Assembly (NCBI GenBank): GCA_965247985.1
Contig: OZ252051.1
Coordinates: 53,953-117,952 of the forward strand
Reading direction: 5' to 3'
DNA from: an uncultured Candidatus Binatia bacterium
GTDB lineage: Bacteria; Desulfobacterota; Binatia; Bin18
DNA length: 64,000 nt
Below the pieces are notes generated by a model. It was not told the origin of the DNA, did not search any database, and worked only from the letters and a program-made list of their open reading frames with translations. Each line of letters opens with the position of its first letter. The stretch's first letter is position 1. The position numbers and the translations under genes were made by a program. Shown piece by piece: positions 57,798 to 64,000 of the stretch.

Positions 57798-58046
57798 TTA
57801 TTTGGGGACGGTTCGTTCGATCAGGGTTCTGAGCGCTAACATCGACTCTTCATGTTGTTGGTTGAGCTGCGTAGTCCGTTCATTCCCTGTCTTTTCTATA
57901 CGCTTCAGCCCGTAGAATATTAGTCCACATTGCAGGAGGCCAACGACGCCAGACACGATAACACCCGCAATCTTCGCCCAGTGCGGTTGATTGGCGACCC
58001 GAAGTGCTGCAACGGCGTGTCTAGCAAGTTCTTCGTATTCAGCCAT
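57798..58046 (-). CDS. hypothetical small membrane protein
   Basis: 82 aa with one hydrophobic helix. GGAGGGGAGAGG RBS. Confidence 0.3.
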   Translation of the reverse strand: MAEYEELARHAVAALRVANQPHWAKIAGVIVSGVVGLLQCGLIFYGLKRIEKTGNERTTQLNQQHEESMLALRTLIERTVPK

Positions 58047-58074
58047 ACCGTGCCTCTCCCCTCCCTGCTTAACA

Positions 58075-58096
58075 CAAAAAAATAGCTGTAGCTATT
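58075..58096 (-). terminator. putative intrinsic terminator (minus strand AATAGCT-ac-AGCTATT + T7)
   Basis: 7-bp perfect stem followed by 7 T on the minus strand. AT-rich stem, so weak. Confidence 0.35.
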
Positions 58097-58298
58097 ACAG
58101 TATGGAATCATGATTGGGCGCAAACCGAGTGGAAGCTAACCCCTTTTCCTTCGCTCTCCGCCATATCACTCCATGTATGAAATTCTTTGCCCGTTGACGC
58201 AAATTAAATTATACAACGGTCGGCACGGGCCGCGTTTCGACCACCTGTAACTCCGACAGCCGGGAGGGTTGTTCAGTGTCGGAGACCCCCTCACCCTA

Positions 58299-58321
58299 GC
58301 CCTCTCCCTCCAGGGGCGAGG
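58299..58321. repeat. CCCTCTCCC-tcca-GGGGCGAGGG hairpin, copy f
   Basis: Flank CCCTCACCCTAG matches copies a and e. Downstream of CoA-transferase 58364. Confidence 0.4.
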
Positions 58322-58363
58322 GAATAAAATTCGTTGCCGTTCGCCGAGGAGGCGCTGAACGCC

Positions 58364-59602
58364 CTAGCGCGTCAGCGAGGGGAAAAGCGGCTCGGTGCTG
58401 ATAATGCCCTCGTCAGCGAGCCGCTGCATCTCCTCTTTCGATAAGCCCAGCAGGCTGCCAAAGACATGCCCATTGTGTTTGCCGAAGCTTGGGGCAGGCC
58501 GCCGGACGACTGAAGGCGTATCGGAAAATTGAGGGACGAAGCCCGGATAGAAGTGCGGCCCGGTTTCCTCTTTCTCGATCGTTAACAGAAACTCACGCGC
58601 GGCCAGGTGCGGGTCACTCAGCACCCCGGCACCAGACAGCACGACTCCGGCGGCTACGCCTACTTCTTGCAGACTTTCCATCATCTCAGTTGCGTCATGC
58701 TCCTGTGTCCAGGCGGTCAGATGTTGGTCGAGTTCGTCCTCAGCCGCCTTTCTCCCGTGCGCCGTTCCGAACCGACCGTTTTGAGTCCAGGCCGGATTCT
58801 CCAGGACGCGACATACATTGCGCCAGTCCTCGTCTGACGTAGCCGCAATCGTTAGCCACTCATCTTCACCCTGGCACGGATAACAGCCGTGGGGCGCCAT
58901 GGTGGGGTGACGATTGCCCAGGCGCTTCTGAGAGCGACCATTGATGGTGTACTCCAGCAGAGCGGCAGCATTGAGCGGTAAGAGTCCCTCAACGTGGGAC
59001 AGATCAATCGAGACCCCTGCACCGCGCCGTTCTTGTTCAAATGTACCAACCAACGAAGCGAAGCAGGCGTTGAGAGCAGACACCGGATCGCCGATAGCGT
59101 TGCTGAGCATTTGGGGTGGGCCATCTTCATACCCACTGACCCCCGTAATCCCGGCCATGGCTTCGGTTGTTGTGCCAAACCCGAGATATTCGCTCTCCGG
59201 ACCACTATTGCCAAAGGCGGGCAGCGTGACCATCACGAGTCGAGGGTTGACCGCTTTCAAGGTGTCAAAGTCAATGCCGAGTTTTCGCAAACTCCGAGGC
59301 GGATAGTTGGCAACCAATACATCACTGATACCCACCAAGTCGCGAAACAGTTCTCGTCCCCGCGGGTGGGTGAGTTCAAGCGCAATGCCATATTTATTCC
59401 GATTCACCGTATTAAACGTTGGTGACTGCTCGTAGGGCTTGCCTCCATCTTCTGTGACCTCAGGGGCGGCTCCGCGCCACCAGTCCATATGAGATGGGGA
59501 TTCAACTTTAATGACTTCCGCGCCAAAGTCAGCGAGCAGACAGGTCGCCAACGGACCGGCCCAGCCATTGGTTAAATCCACAACTCGTAGCGGCTTTGTC
59601 AT
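58364..59602 (-). CDS. family III CoA-transferase (CaiB/BaiF)
   Basis: Start at ATG 59602 (MTKPLRVVDLTNGWAGPLATCLLADFGAEVIKVESP) with GGAGA RBS. Confidence 0.9.
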   Translation of the reverse strand: MTKPLRVVDLTNGWAGPLATCLLADFGAEVIKVESPSHMDWWRGAAPEVTEDGGKPYEQSPTFNTVNRNKYGIALELTHPRGRELFRDLVGISDVLVANYPPRSLRKLGIDFDTLKAVNPRLVMVTLPAFGNSGPESEYLGFGTTTEAMAGITGVSGYEDGPPQMLSNAIGDPVSALNACFASLVGTFEQERRGAGVSIDLSHVEGLLPLNAAALLEYTINGRSQKRLGNRHPTMAPHGCYPCQGEDEWLTIAATSDEDWRNVCRVLENPAWTQNGRFGTAHGRKAAEDELDQHLTAWTQEHDATEMMESLQEVGVAAGVVLSGAGVLSDPHLAAREFLLTIEKEETGPHFYPGFVPQFSDTPSVVRRPAPSFGKHNGHVFGSLLGLSKEEMQRLADEGIISTEPLFPSLTR

Positions 59603-59631
59603 ACGCTTTCTCCTGTCGCTTGATATCATTG

Positions 59632-60846
59632 TTAGTTGATTGCGCCCGCGGCCCGCAGGCGTTGCAACTCAGCGTTGGTATATCCCAGCTTTTCACCAAG
59701 AACGCTCGCCGTGTGCTCCCCGACACGGGGGGCGCGACGGAGGCTGAGGATAGGCTCTCCACTTTCGCGGGACGGTGGGCCGGGTATGGAGACGGTTCCT
59801 CCTCCGGGACGCTCGATCTCGATAAACGCCTGACGCTCTTTGAGTTGGACCCATTCAACGACTTCTTGGGCAGAAGGGATAGGCGACAACGGAATCCCTC
59901 GTGCTTGCGCAGCATGATAGATGTCCCACTTCTTCCGTGCACCCATCCACGGAATAAGCGCAGCGTGCAATTCATCGGCGCACATTGCCAGGGTCGGGAT
60001 GCTCTGAAAGCGTGCATCGCTCGCTAAGTCGGGACGTTCAACCAGTTCGAGCAAGGCAACGATTTGATGCGGCAGGCCGGCATGGACGCCAACATACCCG
60101 TCCGCACACGGCAGAGTGACCAGATTCGGAAAAGCCGCATGGAACTGCTTCCCCGAACGCTGTCGGACAAAGCCTGAATAGGAAAACGCAACAAAGTCGT
60201 ACAGAGATGTTGCCACCAGGGCCTCCTGAATGGATACCTCAACGTGTTGGGCCGCGTTTGTTGCATTACGGTTCCGGACGGCCTGTAGAGTTCCGATGGC
60301 GGCGTACAACCCAGCCACGTATTGGCCGAACGCACCACCAGGCTGGACTGGAGGACGGTCTTGTTCACCCATTGGATAGGTCCAACTGCCCAGGGCAAAG
60401 GCCACACTGTCGGTCATACGATAGTCACGGTAGGGACCGGATGAGCCGAAGTTGGAGATGGCAACACTCACTACCCGTGGATTTGCAGCCCGAAGCACCT
60501 CTTGACTCAAACCAAGGCGCTCAAGTGTTCCCGGCCGAAAATTCTCAACGACAACATCAGCCTGTTCAATCAGGCGGAGGGTCGCCGCGCGGCCCTGTTC
60601 GTGCTTGAGATCAATCGCCACTGACTGTTTGCTGGTATTCAAAAAACAAAAGAGTCCGCTATTCTCGTGCCCAGGCTGAGCGTCAAAAAATGGGGGGAGG
60701 CTCCGCCCCCCTTCGCCGCGTACTGGCGGTTCAATTTTGATGACCTCAGCCCCATAGTCGCCGAGTAATTTTGTACAATAGGGCCCCGCAATATAGTGGG
60801 TGAGGTCAACAACTCGAATGCCACTCAAGGCACGTTCCAGGGACAT
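59632..60846 (-). CDS. family III CoA-transferase (CaiB/BaiF)
   Basis: GIRVVDLTHYIAGPYCTKLLGDYGAEVIKIEPP. 404 aa. AGGAGG RBS. Confidence 0.9.
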   Translation of the reverse strand: MSLERALSGIRVVDLTHYIAGPYCTKLLGDYGAEVIKIEPPVRGEGGRSLPPFFDAQPGHENSGLFCFLNTSKQSVAIDLKHEQGRAATLRLIEQADVVVENFRPGTLERLGLSQEVLRAANPRVVSVAISNFGSSGPYRDYRMTDSVAFALGSWTYPMGEQDRPPVQPGGAFGQYVAGLYAAIGTLQAVRNRNATNAAQHVEVSIQEALVATSLYDFVAFSYSGFVRQRSGKQFHAAFPNLVTLPCADGYVGVHAGLPHQIVALLELVERPDLASDARFQSIPTLAMCADELHAALIPWMGARKKWDIYHAAQARGIPLSPIPSAQEVVEWVQLKERQAFIEIERPGGGTVSIPGPPSRESGEPILSLRRAPRVGEHTASVLGEKLGYTNAELQRLRAAGAIN

Positions 60847-61061
60847 GCAGAACCTCCTTTATGCCAACACTCAAGGAAGATATCAGTATTGGTCATCTGC
60901 AGCGCGGCTGTCAAGATTCGCCCGCTTCAATTGTGACGACCGTGTTCCCGCTCTCAGCATATGACGGATTGACGAAGGGGGGAGTTCCCTCTATACACTG
61001 CTGGGGTAAACACACGCCTGCACGAGGAGGCATAGGATTGAGGCGTGCAGAGAGGACTCGA

Positions 61062-61298
61062 ATGATTATTGACTCAGAAACCTTCGGCGAAATAGAAAGT
61101 GCCGTGACCCAGGCGACCCAGGGGATAGGTTCTGCCACTCAGCTTGTCAAAGGACTCGGTCCCCAAACCGAAGAGGCCCGCACCTATATTGGCCGCTTGC
61201 TCAATCAGATCCTCGAAGTCCAGGTCTATGTTCAACGCGCGAGCGCGGTTCTTGATGCGGTCAAAGAAGCAAATCAAGAAGAGTCGTCCCGCCAGTAA
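61062..61298 (+). CDS. hypothetical small helical protein
   Basis: Internal ATG 61062 with GAGAGGA RBS chosen over the over-extended track ORF. No family recognised. Confidence 0.25.
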   Translation: MIIDSETFGEIESAVTQATQGIGSATQLVKGLGPQTEEARTYIGRLLNQILEVQVYVQRASAVLDAVKEANQEESSRQ

Positions 61299-61474
61299 GA
61301 GGAACATTCGCATCGTCTTGCTCTGTTTTACGCCGCGCTCTTGGGCGCGCGCTCCTTCTTTTCGTCAGGCACGCGTCCATCCTTCCATAGATTTTCCCTC
61401 AACGTCTGGTCCAATGCCTCCCAGAGGATTCATCTGGCTGAGGAATTGGGATATAGTAAGATTCCGCTCGCGCT

Positions 61475-62065
61475 ATGAACAATAAAATTTTGCACATCCG
61501 TGACCGGCTCTCGAATCATAACCCAGCGCCGGTCGATATTGACGCACCTATGCGGGCTGCGGTGGCTCTACTCCTACAACCACGCCCCGATGATGTGTAC
61601 GTTCTCTTCATCCATCGTGCGCACCATCCACACGACCCGTGGTCTGGACACATGGCCTTTCCCGGGGGCCGTCATGAACCGGAAGATCCCGACCTCCTGG
61701 TCACGATCCAACGCGAGACACACGAAGAGGTTGGGATTAGTCTTGATGATCATGGCGAATATCTTGGCCGTCTTGCCGAAGTGCAAGCCATGGCCCGCGG
61801 AAAACGGACTGGCATGATTGTGTCCCCGTTTGTCTATCTCGTCTCTCAGGAAGCCCGCCCGGTCCCTGACCCAGTTGAAGTACAGGACATCATTTGGGTG
61901 CCGCTGTCGTTCATGCAACAAGACGGTGTGGAACAGATCGTCCAGCGCAATCTTCAGGCTGGATCGACCGCTCAGGTCCCGGCGCTACTCTACGGCGGGA
62001 AAACTATCTGGGGCTTAACCTACCGTATGCTGCGAGGATTTTTGGAACTCATTACCGAGTCGTGA
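61475..62065 (+). CDS. NUDIX hydrolase, CoA pyrophosphatase (NudL/PCD1-like)
   Basis: Nudix box GGRHEPEDPDLLVTIQRETHEEVGI preceded by LFIHRAHHPHDPWSGHMAFPGG, which matches the CoA-diphosphatase signature. Confidence 0.8.
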   Translation: MNNKILHIRDRLSNHNPAPVDIDAPMRAAVALLLQPRPDDVYVLFIHRAHHPHDPWSGHMAFPGGRHEPEDPDLLVTIQRETHEEVGISLDDHGEYLGRLAEVQAMARGKRTGMIVSPFVYLVSQEARPVPDPVEVQDIIWVPLSFMQQDGVEQIVQRNLQAGSTAQVPALLYGGKTIWGLTYRMLRGFLELITES

Positions 62066-62079
62066 GGGGAGGAAGAGCG

Positions 62080-62403
62080 ATGCAGCGAAAAAAAGTTCCT
62101 GAAGAGGTAGAGGAGCCCCTTATCCCAAAACCTCCGGTCACCCACACGCCGCACTTCGTCCGTTGCAATATTACCGGCCCGGATGGAAAAAAACGGTCGG
62201 GCTGGGAAATGTGGTTGGGTGAACACTGTTTTGGTCGTTCAGATCAAAAAGAAGCGCTGCTGCAAAGTCTTGAACGTCAACTCCAACCACCCCAGTCTTT
62301 CCATTGGCGAGTAGTACACCGTCAGCGTCTCGAACGTGCTCGCGCAGCACAACCGCAAGACGAGAGTGGTCCGCCGGAAGAAAGAGTGGGGGAGACACGC
62401 TAG
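62080..62403 (+). CDS. hypothetical protein
   Basis: 107 aa starting 15 nt after the Nudix stop with GAGGAAGAG RBS. No family recognised. Confidence 0.3.
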   Translation: MQRKKVPEEVEEPLIPKPPVTHTPHFVRCNITGPDGKKRSGWEMWLGEHCFGRSDQKEALLQSLERQLQPPQSFHWRVVHRQRLERARAAQPQDESGPPEERVGETR

Positions 62404-62420
62404 CCTTCCTCAGTCCTGTC

Positions 62421-63248
62421 TCAGAGCACCTCATGTAAAAACTCGTGGACCACGTTGATAAACCCGTCTGGGTTATCGAGCATGACATGGTGGTAGGTGT
62501 TCGGCACTTCGACCCAGCGACTGTTGGGCAAACCAGCACACAGACGCTCTAGTTTCTTCGGAGTGAGGACCGGGCTATGCTGAGCCTTCACAACAAGTGT
62601 GGGACAGCTGATACGCGAGAGTAAAGACCAGCCATTAATAGGCTCCCGAAAGAGGGTACGGCGGTCAAGCTTGGCCGTCCATTTCCCGTCCGGTAGTTCG
62701 GTAAATGCAAAAGAAGCCAGGTAACGCAGTTTGTCTCCTGAGACAAGGGATTCACGCGGGAATACGCGGAAACGAGTAATGGCTTCCTGAAATGAGTCAA
62801 AAACTCTGGCTGATTTTTCCCCAATACCGCGCAGTAGTTTGACTGCTGCTTCAGGGTATCCGGGCTCGATATCCACAAGAATCAAAGCATCAAGCGCTTG
62901 GGCGTGCTCAGCCGCATAGATGAGGGCATTATGTCCGCCCATCGAGTGACCTAACAGAACATGGCGTTCGATACCCAGAGTGTGGACCAGCTGGTGGAGA
63001 TCATCGACATAGTGCTGGGTGCTATAGGCCGGCGGCTTCGCGTGCTGGCTTTCGCCGTGACCACGCCAGTCCGGGGTGAGAACACGAAAGGACTCGGTAA
63101 AGGCCGGCGCAATAAAGTCCCACCAGCGCGCGTGGGCCGATCCGCCATGACACAAAATGAATGGTGGCTTCCCTGCGGTACCCCAATCGAGGTAATGCAG
63201 GCGTATATCGTTGATAGTGACAAAATGAGACTGGGGTTGTTGGGGCAT
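62421..63248 (-). CDS. alpha/beta-fold hydrolase
   Basis: HGGSAHARWWD and nucleophile elbow GHSMGG. 275 aa. Confidence 0.85.
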   Translation of the reverse strand: MPQQPQSHFVTINDIRLHYLDWGTAGKPPFILCHGGSAHARWWDFIAPAFTESFRVLTPDWRGHGESQHAKPPAYSTQHYVDDLHQLVHTLGIERHVLLGHSMGGHNALIYAAEHAQALDALILVDIEPGYPEAAVKLLRGIGEKSARVFDSFQEAITRFRVFPRESLVSGDKLRYLASFAFTELPDGKWTAKLDRRTLFREPINGWSLLSRISCPTLVVKAQHSPVLTPKKLERLCAGLPNSRWVEVPNTYHHVMLDNPDGFINVVHEFLHEVL

Positions 63249-63294
63249 GCGCTAGGACAACAGGGTAGGGGCGCAGCATGCTGCGCCCCTACGG

Positions 63295-64000
63295 TTACGC
63301 CCCACTCTTCTCCAGAATCGCCTTTACCACTTTGGCTGGCGACATAGGCAGCTCGGTCATACGCACACCAGTTGCCCGGTAAATGGCATTGGCAATCGCA
63401 GCAGGTGGCGGGATGATCGGCACCTCGCCGACTCCACGAATCCCGATGGGATGGCCGGGATTGGCCACTTCAACCAGGAGCGTTTCGATCATGGGCAGGT
63501 CGAGACAGGTGGGCATGCGGTAATCCAGAAAACCAGTATTCCGCATGGTCCCCTCTTCATCGTAGAAATACTCTTCATTGAGCGCCCAGCCGACACCTTG
63601 GGCCACGCCGCCCTGAATCTGGCCTTCGACATAGCTGGGATGGACGGCTTTGCCTACATCTTGAGCAGCAGTGTAGCGCAGAATATCGACTTTCCCGGTC
63701 TCGGAATCGACTTCCACATCAACGACATGGGCAGCAAAGGCGGGCCCAACACCGCGCGGACGGACGGACGCGCGGCCCATAACCGGACCACCAGCACGGG
63801 GGAGCTTTGGCGCGATCTCTTTTAAGCCCATTGACTCGTGGCCATTGTTCGTACAGGAGAGCACACCATCCTGGTACACGACTTCTTCCGGCTTGACTTT
63901 CCAGACTGTGGCCGCCCGCTGCTTCAGTTGTCCGACCGCATCTTGGGCAGCTTCATACACGGCAAGACCGGTTGCAAAGGTCACCCGACTTCCGCCGGTC
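63295..64000 (-). CDS. molybdopterin-binding large subunit of a second xanthine-dehydrogenase-family Mo hydroxylase; only the C-terminal part is in the window
   Basis: C-terminal GVGEVPIIPPPAAIANAIYRATG and EGQIQGGVAQGVGWALNEE motifs. The ORF runs off the 3' window edge. Confidence 0.8.
   Translation of the reverse strand, partial: TGGSRVTFATGLAVYEAAQDAVGQLKQRAATVWKVKPEEVVYQDGVLSCTNNGHESMGLKEIAPKLPRAGGPVMGRASVRPRGVGPAFAAHVVDVEVDSETGKVDILRYTAAQDVGKAVHPSYVEGQIQGGVAQGVGWALNEEYFYDEEGTMRNTGFLDYRMPTCLDLPMIETLLVEVANPGHPIGIRGVGEVPIIPPPAAIANAIYRATGVRMTELPMSPAKVVKAILEKSGA

Noticed and set aside
58190-58225. TTGACG...TATACA promoter-like hexamers on the plus strand in the 317-bp spacer (possible sRNA promoter)
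   Set aside because: Non-canonical spacing, no downstream plus-strand gene or terminator, and only a single occurrence.
1-64000. CRISPR arrays, tRNA/rRNA genes, transposases, integrases
   Set aside because: No regularly spaced direct repeats with unique spacers, no cloverleaf-like conserved tRNA segments in the intergenic regions inspected, and no DDE or tyrosine-recombinase signatures among the ORFs.

Overview
High-GC (~58-60%) bacterial chromosomal segment with dense, mostly non-overlapping coding. The gene content fits a Chloroflexi-type organism with SAR202-like paralog expansions, but this is an inference from gene families, not a database hit. The window is dominated by repeated families of catabolic enzymes. 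These include 8 luciferase-like flavin monooxygenases (one HpaB-type and one RutA-like), 4 amidohydrolase-2 paralogs and a D-aminoacylase-family amidohydrolase. They also include 5 CaiB/BaiF CoA-transferase domains (one protein is a tandem fusion), 4 SDRs, 2 enoyl-CoA hydratases, a MaoC hotdog pair, a dienelactone hydrolase, a CocE/NonD hydrolase, a coxMSL-like molybdenum hydroxylase and a second, truncated one at the 3' edge. A complete mrpA(B)CDEFG Na+/H+ antiporter operon is present. Between these sit small accessory islets, several of lower GC: two VapBC pairs, a BrnTA pair, a truncated addiction-module antidote, three GNAT genes (one with an in-frame amber stop), an alpha-class DNA amino-methyltransferase with an overlapping downstream partner, and a YbeD/DUF493 gene in a ~45% GC islet. 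The most notable non-coding signal is a conserved ~55-bp palindromic element with AAATGAGTAAACG / CGTTTACTCATTT arms. It occurs in four copies, each 30-100 bp upstream of a minus-strand gene, and three of the four genes encode signal-peptide proteins (two paralogous NTF2-like proteins and one DUF-like secreted protein). A second family of CCCTCTCCC-N3-5-GGGAGAGGG hairpins is scattered through intergenic spacers. There is also a third nested-palindrome family (GTAGGTCGGAT), a telomere-like G-quadruplex motif upstream of mrpA, and an octamer tandem array upstream of an amidohydrolase gene. No rRNA, tRNA, CRISPR array, transposase or integrase, and no dedicated HTH transcription regulator, could be recognised by eye.
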